Positions 49,516 through 62,763 of a stretch of DNA of 64,000 bases are shown piece by piece. Location: assembly GCA_907165135.1 (NCBI GenBank), contig OU015568.1:7068001-7132000 (forward strand), given 5' to 3'. A program made the translations under genes and the position numbers. Numbering within the stretch: position 1 is the first letter of the stretch; the number at the start of each line of letters is the position of its first letter. Source of the stretch: Oikopleura dioica (lineage: Eukaryota; Animalia; Chordata). The notes under the pieces were generated by a model, which did no database searches, was not told the DNA's origin, and saw nothing but the letters and a program-made list of their open reading frames with translations.

Positions 49516-52426
49516 AATTCCATTGGGCTGCTTCAGCTGACCCTAAGCAATCCTACGTTTACCTAGTAGAATAATTTTCATAAACTATCCTTTTCATATC
49601 ACCAAAAGAATGTTCACCTGTTACTTTGCCTGTAAATTCGTGCGCTGATTGTACATTTGCAACAAACTGAGTTCTCTCCTGCATATTATAAAATCAACAA
49701 ATCAATAATTTACTATCTATGTCTGTATGTACAAAGAGAGAGCAGGAGCTTGATAGAATCTATCTCGCAGATTTAGGGTTGGCCAAAAAAAAGGGATGGT
49801 CCTTTGATTTCCTTAAAACTTTCCTTGATTGTAAATTTGGGTCTATAAAATAATATTTTTCAAAAAATTTGGAAAAAAAATTTTTGGGTACCCATTTTTG
49901 GAGGCTTGAAAGTAGCCGAAAAGTGGTTTTTTCTCGATAACTTTTTTCTAGTACCATTTTTCAGAAGTTTTTCTTTTAGATTTAGATAGAGCTCATCAAG
50001 GCGGTCTTTTTGAGCCGTCGGATGAGTCTCTAGCGGTATCGGAAGACACTTTTTTTTTCGTGGAAGGTGTGAGGAAGATTATCTGCGGCAGATTATGGCA
50101 AAACAAATCCATGACGACAAAAGAAAGCAAAGGCAAAGGCAGAAATGGGGATAAGCTGAAATGCATAAATGTATTGATTTGCCTTTATAGAATTAAATAT
50201 TAATCCATCAGGACCTCGTTCGTACAAATGGAGCATTTCTTCTTGCGAGGCTTTTATTGTTCACGGAAAAAAAACGAAAAACGAGAATTCAACACATTTC
50301 TCGCTCATAGCAAATTGAAGACAACAAAGAAAATTGAGAAAGAGAGCGGCAAGTAGAGGAGCAAGAGTTAACAAAACAAGAGTTAGAAGTAAGTGTTTGA
50401 AGATGAAAAGAATTGTTTTTGCATCAGTCAGTTCAAATCTAAGAAATATTTTCAGAGAATCAGAGAATGATTATTTTCTAATTGCGTTTATTTGATCGAA
50501 TCCAATTCATAAAAATCCTAATCATTCACGGGCCATAAATCCAAGCTCTTATCCGTCTTTGATTGTGTGTATTTTTGTATTTCCCTACGAGAATTACAGT
50601 CATTCTACAGAATCAAGTGCTTATTTTTATCCATTTTTTTTATTCATCAGTTCAAATAACACATTTTTAGGAGCCAGCAATTTACGCATCTGCATAAATT
50701 CTACTCCGATTCGAGTAGTAGCATGCGTTAATCACGCTTGCTCACAATTCATGCGCCAAATTCGCCGCCCGCGGTAGTGGCACCAGGCAGCACCACCAAC
50801 GCGCGCGACCGTTTTTTCGAAAATCGTTTCTAGCGGCGCTCGACCAGCCGGTTTTTTTGTTATGAAACAACACACAAAGAGAGAGTATCTTGAAAACTCC
50901 TTCTGAAGAGAATAAAATAAGAGATCTTTTGATGAAAATTTACAGAAGAAAATCTTTTTGATGATAAAATAGAATATTAAATACCCCTAATAATATACAG
51001 TAGTACAGTCAGGTCGATAACAGTATCATTTATAATAAATAAAATTATCAATGTTTTATCCCCTTAATTTTCCTCGGAACAAATAAAAAAGGACCTTTTA
51101 ACATGAAAATAATCCTGTAAATCGACTGTAACCCGCTCTCATAAACACTAAGCAAGAACAGTAACCCCCTGCCCCAAATAACTTACCAGCGTTCGCCCCC
51201 TTTCCATCTGCCATTTGATCTGCGCAAATCTTCAAATTCCTGGCTAATATTATTCTGACCCGGAGCCTTATCTTTACTACGTCTGCCGTTCAATGCAGAC
51301 GAGTGCAAATTCTCCACTCATTACTACTACGCCCTCCCTCCCAATTCTCGTCTCAGAATCAAAACCTAAATTAGAGATCTATTTTAGCTGAGCATTACTG
51401 ATAGACACAGAGCAATTCTGAAAAAACCAGGGTGGCAGGACAGGCCCCCCAGTAATCTGATTGTAGTAAAATGAATGAATCAGAGAGAATCAGCGATTTG
51501 GCTTTAGATATCCGAATATTTCAATTTCAAGAGGAAAAAAGTGCTTTTCATTTTGAAAACTATCGATGGCGGGTGTATTTTTAGCTGGCAGCGGCTCGTG
51601 AAATTTTTTTTCAAACACCATTGATCTTGTCAGCGGGAGACAGTAAGCAGAAAATCGCCCAGCCCAGCCCCGCCAAAACGAACCTGAAAATCGAAAACGG
51701 AAATTCAAATTCTAACATTGAAATGAAAAAAGAGAGAGAAAAACGGCTTTGAGAGAATTGAAAAGGAGAAGAAACCGAAAATTTTTTCATCAAATTTATT
51801 TTTTTTTTTGTTATTTTTTATAATTTTCAAAAGAAATTTCTTCACTAGAATTTTCCTTTTAATTTTTTTATTTTACCTAAAATTGAATATTTAACGGTTT
51901 TTGAAGGGAGATAACTTTGTTAACTTCATTTTTAAAAAAATTCAAGAGCTCGTGAAGGGATGAAGTGTTCATTCCTGGCCTCTGTCCAAAAATATTTTCG
52001 GACTTTTTTCGACTCTGCTGACCGATAAATTGCGCCGTGAATGCATTCAGGTCGTGATGGGCGATTAAAGAAAAGGTCATTTTCTCAATCACGGCGGAGC
52101 GAATAAGTTCAGATTTAATGGACTCTGTCTGATTTTTATTTTGACAAATTGGGTTTACTCTATTTTAACAGAAATATATTAAAATACGCGGTCCGCATTT
52201 TAACGGGCAAATACCTCTGAGACGCTGCCATTTTAACGGATTTCGTATTCCTCAAAAGGATCCTAGTTTAACGGATTTTCTAGCCAAAAGCTTGGGAAGC
52301 CGTTATAATGGGAACATTTTCGAGGAATATTCAATCCGTTAAAATGGCGACCTCCCATTAAAATGATCACCCCTCTATTTTAAATTTACGAATCAAATAG
52401 AAAATTACTAGTATTAATAGTGATTA

Positions 52427-52602
52427 AATCACTATTGCCTATTTTCGCCTGAATTCCGATCCGAATGCAAAAATTCGAATGAATATACTTCCCAGTAGTT
52501 AATTTTGAGCCTGATTCTGAATCAAAATTAAAGACTGGGAAATAAATTCATTCGAATTTTTGTATTCGGATCGGAATTCAGGCGAAAAAGGCAATAGTGA
52601 TT
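52427..52602. mobile_element. 176-bp near-perfect palindromic MITE
   Basis: AATCACTATTGCCT...CGCCTGAATTCCGATCCGAAT mirrors ATTCGGATCGGAATTCAGGCG...GGCAATAGTGATT. Confidence 0.85.
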
Positions 52603-53678
52603 CATCAAATTCAATCCGCCTCAAAATTTATTAAAATCAAACAAAACTGCTATTGAAAAATCACCCTCAAAAATGGAATTTCATTCGTCAATGTCATTCA
52701 TTGTGGAATTCGGAATTTGGCTTCGATAAAAAAAAGGGTTGAAAAATTGAACGATAAATTGAATTAAGAGAATCGGGCGGGCGTCTTTTCAATCCAAAAA
52801 GAGCAACCCTGCTGGAGGTATTTTTTCCGGCCTCGAGTCGACAATGTTTTCCAAACGCGGGCGGCTCCTTTTAGCTTCTTTTTTCATTATTTTTTCGATT
52901 CTTGGAGACAGAGAATACCCCTATCAGTTTATCAGTTATCGCAGAACGAAAGAGAGAGAAAGAGACAGGAGCAGACGATGAGCCGTACTTATCAGGAGAC
53001 GCCACCAACCGATCGCTAAAGCAAAACGATCGACATACCAGTCGTGTCGCTCCCACGCATATTTTTCTTAATCAGCATCACAAGGCACACTAATTGAAAA
53101 TTGCAATTTGCAAAAGAAAATAACTGAACTGTGGAAATAATTTTACGAAATTCAAATTATTCATTTCCAATTTCTCCCAATTCTTCTATCCTTTTCAGAA
53201 TTTTTCGGCAGCTTTTTTATTAAAATTCTAAAAGAATCAATCAAAAAGCCGCCTTTTTGAATGTTCCGCCGAGCGCATAAATTTGAAATTACCGCCTAAT
53301 CCGTCAACTCATGAGTCATCCCTTTTTCGCCCGTAACAGAATAATTCCTGATGAAAATTATTGATTTTCTTTTTTGACTGATTGACCCGATTCATTTTTC
53401 GACTCATTTTTTCAGTTCAATGATAAAATAATTTAACTAATTTTCTCATTCGAAAGAAGGAAGTCTGTTACTCACAGGCTTCTGATAGTAAAACATTGAT
53501 TTGATAAGAAACTTACTCCCACCCTTATTCTTTCTCCTTGCTTATTCTTGCTGTTATCACTCACTCAAGAAGAGACTCGTTTTTAAATAGTCTCAAGCAC
53601 CTTGCGCTCCTCTTCTCGACTAACCGATTTCTTTATTTTTAGACTTGCCAAGGCGAAACCAACAACCCTAGTGCGAAT

Positions 53679-56600
53679 ATGGGAAACGCCGTTTCGACAA
53701 CCAAGGTACGACTGGGAAGAACTTATTAACCCGCCATAATAGGGGCTAAGCTAGAGGGATCAAATCAGGGCTTTATCCGGGTCACCGAATTTTCTCGGTA
53801 AAGGCCGCCTTTTGTGATATTTATCCAGCTAATCAAGCAGAAAAAATAGGTTTACTGAAGTTTTACTCGTTTTAAATTAACTTGTTTGCGTGGAAAAGCC
53901 ATTTCGAGACCCGTTTTGGATAAAAAGAAGTCCTTGTTGATTTCAAGTAGGCCCGAAATTGAACATATGGCGATAAAAAATACTATCAATGGCGGCTAAT
54001 TTCGGAAGTGTGGCAATTTTCATCTAGCAAAATTAAAATTAAAATCGCGCCGCTGGCCATCTGGATTTTGGCCTCAGGCGTGATTATTGTCCTCGGAGGC
54101 CGTCTACGTAGCGTGTGATTACTGAAACTGTGCTACTGCTACTGAACTTGTGCTAAATGAACTTTAGGGGTACACCCCTGGGGACGCGCAGCTCGGCGAG
54201 CCTGGTCTCCAAGGAAAAATTAAAAAACTGGTAAGTTGTCTAATCAAAAAAAGGAAGAAGGAAAAAAGCTAATCAAGGGGAACGCAGGTATAATAATAAT
54301 CCGTCGAAGGGATGAAAGCTTCAGATGAGCTGCTATTTTTTCTAAGGCGATTATCTCGACTCGTCCTGTTTTGGGAATAGCCACCTTTGTAATGATAAGT
54401 TTTGATAAGAAGCAGCTCAAAATTTTCAGTCTTCAATTCTGAATTTTTGAACTAGCTACATTTATTCGCAAAATCTGGGCTCCGCAACCTGTGAAGAGAG
54501 CCTGACTCAGGGTCTGAAAGATTTCTAATGAAAAGCCGCAAAGCGGCTATATTTTAAAAAGAAGCCGCAAAGTGGCTTCGCCAGAATTTAGAAATATATG
54601 CGGCTTTTCATTACAGATCTCTCAGACCCTGAGTCAGGTCTTCTACACAGGTTGCCGAGCTCAGATTGACCTTAGCGCGCAGAAGGGTTAATTTAACGCC
54701 CTTTTTGTTTTGAATACATTTGGGTGTTTATTTTCAGTTCTGGATCAATTCAAAAACTCATTCAAGCTCGGTTAGGTTTCCACTTTTTTCTTACTTTCTT
54801 TCTTTTTCACTCTTTTTGGCACAATAATGAGTTCCGCCTTATAAATTTCAATAGTGTTGGCTAGTGATATTTGTTTTTCTTAGGCACGAGTCTGTATGAG
54901 AATACAGGGGAGCTCTGAGTATTCAAGTACTCGGGTAGTAATCTATCCCCATTCTTGGGCTATTTGTTCTGCTATCTTCTACTATTCAACAACTACTACG
55001 ACGAGTAGTAGGTCGAGTTATTTTTATTTTCGAGGAGAGAGACAAATTCCTCCGCGCCAACGTCATCCGCGGCAGTGTGATCCCTCGCCGTGGTTCAGTA
55101 TCGATAAGCGATAAATTCGAGCTTCTGATCTTTTTCTTTTGCTTCCTCAGATCACAAACCACAGAGACACACACCAGAGCCCACTAAGCACGGAATAAAA
55201 GATTTATAATGAAGCTTTGTCGCAAAACTGTAAGTCCAGCTTATTTTCTTTGAACCTTATTCTGAATTGAACTGTCAAAAGAACTGGCTCTTCCCTTGAA
55301 AATTTACGGGTCAAAATTTTAATTCCAAAAAGGACAATATTTTAGCGATTAATAATCAACCCTAATATTTGATTTTAAAAAATCGAGGAGCCGCCTGCGG
55401 CTTCGATCAGATGAAAAATTTTAGCCGCGCTTAGCGCGGCTTTTTCGTCTTTTGCCTCGAAGCCGCAAGAGGCTTCTCGATTTTAATTCAAATATTATGG
55501 CGGATTTCTAATTGCAAAAAATTGTCCTTTTTTGGATTAAAATTTTGACCCCTAAGATTTCATGGAATTAGTTTCCCACTAATTTCTGGGAGAGGCGAGT
55601 AATCTAAGCCTATTTTTGGAATGGGTGTCATAAAAAGAGATCTTCGCAGGGGATTTTTTTCGCTTGGAGGACCCCTGAGAAGAAAATTTAATCTCGGGGA
55701 CTAATTTGCTGAATGCGGATCACAGCGGGGTTTTGCCAATCACCTACCACTCCTTTATTCTTTATTCAAGATTAAAATTTGAAAAGGACTTAGCGATGAA
55801 ATTTCAGTTGTAAAAAATACTCAGGCTTTTATCGCTTTAGTTCGTTTGAATGAAGTCAGTTGAAATTGACGTCTTTTTCGACGGGTTATTGAACGTTTAT
55901 TGAAACTGAATACGTCAATAGGCAACGAACTTCATTACTGACGGCTAATTACTGTATTCCAAATTGAACTTCTATTCTCAACTAGGAATTGAAAATGCTC
56001 TTTTGCTAAAAATGAATTCAAGATTGAGAATAGAAGTTCAGCCTTGAATACAGTAATTACAATGTATGTAGTAATTACTAATTAGCCGTCAATAATGAGG
56101 ATTGACGTATTCATTTTCCATAACCCGTTGAAAATCGTCAATTTCAAATTGACTGACCTTCTTTTTCTTTGATGATTTTCAAAAGAAAATTCTTGCTGAC
56201 TCAGTGAAATTAGCATAAATTTCGCATCATCAGCAAGGCGCCAAATTCAAAGCAAAAATCTTGGCGCGCATCAAAAATATTGAAATTTTCGCTGTATCGT
56301 TATTTTTTCGCTCGCTCTCGCGCCACCCAAGATTTTTTCGCGATCGGGCGCCCCCGCGATTTAATTTTTTGCAGCGAAAAATCCCGTTGTTCCTCGCAGG
56401 ACGCAACCTGTCGGACAAAACGCGCATTTTTCATTATTTTCATTTTCGAACTAAAGAAGTAAATAAGTCCTTTTCAAAGAGAGGTTGATTGAATCATAAA
56501 TAGAGAGAAATACTATTACAGTAAACAGCGGATTTAAAATTTTACACAAATATGGTTTCTGAATCTGTTCCCGCTGTGACCCCATTGGTAAGTTTTTCAA

Positions 56601-59600
56601 ATTTAGCTTTTTAATTCATGGATTTCAAAACATTTAATCAAGGTTTTCTTCATAATTGACGATTTGATGAGCATAATTTTGATTTTACATGCGTTAGGGT
56701 TTGTCAATCAGTAATTCTCGTAATCGCTAGCCAGTAACTCGTCTCCCCAGGGAATAGTTCTCAGCCGTTGGAAGCTCGCATTTAAATTTTTGATGCGATT
56801 TCCGTGATAAGCAGCGCGCCGCATCGAGCGATAGTTGGCGCGCGCCCAAGCCACCACCAGGTCACCTGATCGCTGGCTTCTCAGATTTTGACGGTCGTCG
56901 GCGCCGGCCACGTCATCGGCGAGTTGCCCCGCGGCGCGTTCCGAAGAATTGTCCTCGTGGGGGCGGGCCAGCGCGCTCGCTCTCCTGCGATTCATCCCTT
57001 TGGCGGCGGCGCGCGTTCTGCCCTCCGGCGCGTGATCTTCCCCGACCGTACTACAAGCCCTACACATTCATACTCATACAGATTTGCACCGAATAACATT
57101 TTCAATTACAGGAAGAATCAGAAGTCGTCAACGCAACTAAGGCTGACATGGCTGCCGAAGCAGACAAAGAGAATGCACCAAACGGGACCACTCCCAAGGC
57201 GGCCGAGGCCCCGACCAAGCCGCTCGAGCCTGCTACTTCAGAGGAGAACGGAAAAGAGAACCAGGTAAGCTTGATCACTTCAAAAGAGAAAGAGCGGGGG
57301 AGGGGTTGATTGATCCCTGTCCAGCTTCGTACTTTTTCGGGCGATCCAGATTAATAAATTAATGTCAAAGAGGTCAATCAGTATCTTCCCGAAGATCCGC
57401 GATTGTCAAAGTTGAGAATCGATGGGTTTTAAAAGAAATTAGAAACATTTGAAAAGCTAAAAGAAAAATTCTTCGTTGAAATCAAGGAAGACTAATTTTC
57501 AATTTTCCAAATTTGATTTTTTTGTTACTGAATTATATCAACTGCGAATACTGAATATTTTAAATTGTGTACGTGCTGTCAACAATGGCGGCGTTTTTTC
57601 TATGTTAGACATCGGTTGACGGCTAATTATTCAAAAAATCAATGCTTGCGCCCTTTTGTTGCGGCCGTGCCGCCATATGCTGCTGCTTTTTTACAGTTGA
57701 CTTATGGGAAGAAGGCTGTCTTTCTTTTCAAATTTGTAACATTCAAAATCAGGAACCGACTACGAGCGACAGCGTAGAAACCGACGAGAACAAGTCTCCG
57801 TCGAAGAAGGGCAAGGGCAAGAAGAAAAACTTCAAACAGCTGATGCCCAGCTTCTCTTTCAACAAGCAAAAGAAGACTGAAAAGAAAACCAACGAGGCGA
57901 AGAAAACCGAGGAGGCTTCTTCCGAAAAAGCAGCGGAGAAGGAAGCAGAAGGCGAAAAGAAAACTGAAGACACTCCTAAAAACTCCGAGGAAGAAAAAGC
58001 GACCGAAGAGGCTGCGGAAAAGACTGAAGCTGACGAAGAAAAGACCAAAGCGGAAGTCGAAGCCGAGGCGAAAGAAAGCACCACCGAAGCTACTCCAGAA
58101 GCTGATGTTGCCGAAAAGAAAGACGATGCTCCAGCTACTAAGGAAGATGCTGAGGAGGTGAAGCCAGACGTTGCTGCTGCTACTGAAGAAACTGCTACCG
58201 AGGAGGAAGGCACCACTTCAGAAGCACCAGCGGTAATAAATTAAATAAATTATTGATTGATTAGCTGACCATAAATTAGGCGGACGAGCAAAAGGCCGAT
58301 AAAAAGAAGAAAAAGGAAAAGACTCCGGATGACGCGGGCAAGCGAAACACTTGGTTCGACAACATCAAAGGCTACTTCGTCAGCCCCGAAAAGAAGGATA
58401 CCAAAAAGGCCGCTTCCGAGGACGGCAAGAAGTCGGAAACCGAAGCGAAGGCTGAGGAAGATGCTTCGGCAGCTGCTGCTCCTGACGCGGAAAACACCGA
58501 TGCGCAGAAACCAGAAGCTGCTGAAGCTACTGAAGAAGCCACTACCGACTCCGCCGCTGCTAAAACGGAAGAAACTCCTGCTGCTGAGCCAGCCACAGTC
58601 GAGTCAACTGCTGATACGACCGAGGGCGAGGCAAAGGACAAGCCAACGGAAGAAAAGGTAACAGAAACAAACAAACTTATCCGATAAGACAGGCCTTTTT
58701 TGATTCTTGATAAGGTTCAGTTTCCACTCACGAGCATGTATCTCTACTCGTTGCTCGAGGTAACAAAGAAAAACAACGGAAATCAACTTTCCCTTGATCT
58801 GCTTTTTGAACTAGAAAAGCTGATTTGAATATTTGAAATCTTGATTCAATTAGTCAATGTATTATTTAAATGACGATGTTTCATCTTGTTCAGTTTTCGA
58901 GATTGTTAACCTTTCTTTTTTAGGAAAAGGAACAGACCAAGAAAGCAAAGGAGGGCAAAAAAGAAGGTTCACTTTCGAAGCTCGTCAGCGGCCTGAAACG
59001 ACGCAAGAGCGGCAAGAAGGGTGCTGCAGAAAAGAAAGCCGGCGCTCAGTCTGAAGATGAAAAGGTAAGAAAAAGTGAAGATATTTTTTCGAACTCCCAA
59101 AAGGTCAATATATCATCCCTAATCCGCGCGAATCTGTCACGGGCGAGCGCGCCGCTGTGTATTCGGACTATCCTTTTTTCCTTGAGTGGCGTAACTCACT
59201 GTGAAATGTGATTAGAGCCCTGCCAGCAGGATGCGTTTGAACTGAATTCAAAATTTAGGAGGAGGCGACGACCACCGATTCACTTGACACCCCCGCTGAG
59301 GCAAAGACCGGAGACCAAACTGACGACGAGGCGATCGAACAACCCGCCCAAACCGCTGACGATGCCGTTGCCAGTGCAACCGATGCTAACGCTGCTGAGC
59401 CATCGGAGGAAGCGGAATCCACGGAAGGTGAATGACTACTCTTTCTATCTTGCTCTTCATCATTTTTTAGCAAAACCAGAGGGCAAAAAACGAGCTAATA
59501 CTTTGAAACGCATCTTTGGAAACATCACTGGTCCCTTCCAATCTAAGGACAAGAAAGAAAAGGTAAGAAAAACCCGCAATCAAAAAGAACATCTAAGAAA

Positions 59601-62600
59601 TCTGCATCATATTTGATCATCGCATCATCCTGCTTGTTTAGAAAGAACCAGCAAGTTCTGACGAAGCTGAAAAGACCGACGATGTGACGGAGAAATCCGA
59701 GGAAACGCCGGCGGCTGAGGTCGAAGAAAAGAAGTCTGAGACTGCCGAGCCCGTCGAGAAAGAAGAGGCCAAGGAGGAAGCGAAGGAAACTAGCGAAGAG
59801 AAGACCGACGCAGCCACCGACGAAACCAAAGCCGAGGATAAGCCAGCTAAGACCGTCAGTGAGCCAGGTAAAGATACACGCAAAAATGTTTGTTTCAAAG
59901 TTCAATAGTTGTAGAAAAGAGCGAGGAGAAAGTTGAGGAAGAGAAGGTCGAAGAAACTCAAGCTACTCCCGAGGAAACGACGCCGAGCGAGGTAATTATC
60001 ATTCACCTGGCAGTTATTCGCTATGTACAGTAATAACTGTCTATATATGCACATATTTAAAGAGACCAGGGCAAGTATGTTTGAGTCTGATTATTCCGCA
60101 ATCAGCAAATCTTCAAATCTTCATACTTGCCTCTTATTTGCGCATATATTCATATATTGATCTGACTGTACATTTTCAGGCGACGACTGTACAAGCAGTA
60201 GTGGAATCGGCGCCGGTCGCGGAGGAGTCAGGTAAACCGGCCTGAAAATTGCACGAATTTACCGTGTTGTCAATGAATGTATTCCAATCAAGCCCGTTTT
60301 TTTACCAAAAACTTTAAAGCCAAATACGCAAATCGTGTTCATAATCGAGCGTGATTTGGCATTCGCCTACTTTTTCGGACAAAGAACTGCACAACTTAAT
60401 CCTCCACCCACTTCCATCTATTGAATATCTTATGTCAGGCATAAAATACTATTTGATGGATTTTGCCAAGTTGAAATTGATGTTGATGTCGAGCTGTCGT
60501 TGGTTGAAGTTGCACCCCTCTTTCCAGGAAAGAAGTTTGTTTGGTTTGAATTTTTAACCGGTCAGTCCGCTCAGTCCACAATCAAAATCCACCTAACCCA
60601 CCTATCTCGCTACTGGACGGACTACTGATGTAACTCTATTTGTCTCTTTTCAATTGCGAGTTCAACCGCGCTCAACTTTGGACAATACTAGGAATCAGTG
60701 GTTCTTCCGTGCATACCTTCACCAAGATTTCCGTCGGCTCTCAAACCGACCTCGAAGCGTTGCTAGCCTACGTCAAGTCCCTCCAAGCTAAATTGGAAGA
60801 GTCCGTCGTCGAGGAGGAAGAAACTCCTCTTGCCCTCTCGGGGAGCATGAGAAGCGAGAGCCAAGAAACACAGACGTTTCAAGCCGAACAGGTGGCAGAA
60901 TCGTCACAAGTCACGGCGTCGCTGTCGGATCTCCTCGTTGACTCCGGTAATTCAACACCGACTAACAATCCTCGCCACTTCCAAGTTCGTGAAAGGGATC
61001 GAGATTTATAACTAAGACCCGTGTTTCTCATCTCGGATCAACTAATATCAGATCAACACTAGTACAACTAATACACTAGTTCACTACTCCACACAGGCAG
61101 CTTCCCAAAAAGAATCATTGATTATCGCATTATGCAAATTAAATGCACTCGTTTTGGGGCCTGTCCCTTCTGACTGTAAATATTCGATATATTTCGCCAT
61201 CTTTCGATCCCTGACTAAGCTCGCCGTCGGAGATGACTGTGCCCGAAAAGGTGCAGCTGTTCGAGTCCCTGTCCGTACCGGATCTGTCGAATGCGGCGTG
61301 TGGCTTCGATCAGGCGCCGCCCATGGCGATGCCCGTGTTGAGGTTTAACTCGAACGGGTCAATCTACAGCGCGGACGATCGCGATGAGGAGCGCGAAGAA
61401 AAGCTCTTTATCCCATCAACCCCTGCTCACGTAGCGGGTGCCTGTGACATCGAGGAGCTGATCGAACAAAGGAAAAGGGTCGAGGATCACCAGCCTCGCG
61501 CTACAGGAGGCCTACTTTCATTGCCCCCTGATTTTCAAGCCTGTACTGTAGAAATAGCCGAATTTCAAGGTCAAATTAACAATCCCAATCGGAATTGACC
61601 TTTCAAGTGTGTTTGACGGTTGAAACTCAAAGTTGGGTATTTTGATATTTGAATCAAGCACAAACGGAAGTTTGCTTGTTTGGGAACTGCTAAAATTGTG
61701 GGTTTCGAATTATTTATAGGATTACACTTTAATCCTGTTTGTGTTTGATGTGAAAATTTCAAGGGGCTCGCCATTTTTTTCATGGTAGATATTTCATACA
61801 CACTTCAAAAGGGCCAGTGCTCTTCAACTGTCAAAGACGAAGGGTTAATTTAGTTATCGCGGTTTCGATATTTTTCTTCAATAAAAATATTGGCTTTCGT
61901 ATTTTATATTTTGAATTTTGAATGGTTTTGAAAAGGGGATTGCTTGAAAATTACAGTAAAAAAGTGGGAAAGTAGCTCATTAGTGAGGTTGATAATCATG
62001 TCCATTTGATTCTGCGGCTAGCGCTGGCTGATCCTGGATTAAGCATTGAAAACGCGATCAGCGGGCTGTCATCTGAGGCTACTCAGTCGGCTCAGATTTG
62101 CTGCTCCGCTGACTCCTGCTCGACGGTGGAATCGATCTGCTCCAAAACTTCGACCACAGTTGACTGTAAATACCCCCAGACGCATCGTAAAGCCGCCTGG
62201 TAGCGTTAGTGCATTATTTACAAGCACTCCTGCTGTCGCGCCGATCGATTATTTTTCCTCCTTTTTTTCGTCGCTTATTATTACTTTTATAGCTGGGCGG
62301 CCGTTGAGACTCCACCCGCGTCCGAGTATATTGTATATTGACGGTAAAGACCGCCGGCGTATATTCTTTGGGCACGCTGCCAGTTTGTCTCTTTTTCACC
62401 ATTTTGGGCACGCGCGAAGGAACACGCATTCATTGACACACGCTTTTTCTTCTCTAAAAATGATACTTATAACTACCAGAGCTTTCTCACAGTAAAAATA
62501 CCGCACTGGAAAAACTTGCTTAGGCCATATTTTTCAACAACTAAAACTAAAACTAAAATTTCAAGGCGAAATTCCCGCTCAGGAAAAAGAAGAAAAGACA

Positions 62601-62763
62601 GAATCGACGGAGGAAGTCACGACTCCCGCCCCCGTTGCCGAATAAATGGTAAATCAACTTTCCTAGAACTGTAGCTGACTGTTCGCCTTCAGATTCGCCT
62701 TCCATGAATCCGAATCGTCGTCCAGGCAAGTTCAAACGATCTTCCCTCAAACTCGCCGCTTGA
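53679..62763 (+). CDS. Large acidic disordered MARCKS/AKAP12-like protein with alternative first exons (53679, 55209, 56552) and alternative last exons
   Basis: Shared E/A/K/T-rich exons at 57112-57264, 57753-58232, 58280-58657, 58924-59064, 59259-59428, 59471-59562, 59643-59866, 59915-59991 and 60180-60231, with canonical GT-AG junctions in frame; interspersed basic-aromatic motifs. The 3' exon chain is less certain. Confidence 0.7.
54475..54664. mobile_element. MITE family A copy, intronic; no TSD recognisable
   Basis: CTGGGCTCCGCAACCTGTG...CCTGACTCAGGGTCTGA and TCAGACCCTGAGTCAGG...ACACAGGTTGCCGAGCTCAG. Confidence 0.88.
55296..55562. mobile_element. MITE family B with different TIRs but family-A-type internal hairpins
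   Basis: TIR GGGTCAAAATTTTAATTCCAAAAAGGACAAT/ATTGTCCTTTTTTGGATTAAAATTTTGACCC; internal AGCCGC...GCGGCT stems. Confidence 0.8.
55856..56156. mobile_element. About 300-bp palindromic MITE
   Basis: GTCAGTTGAAATTGACG...CGGGTTATTG mirrors CATAACCCG...CGTCAATTTCAAATTGAC; internal arms TTGAACTTCTATTCTCAA/TTGAGAATAGAAGTTCA. Confidence 0.8.
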
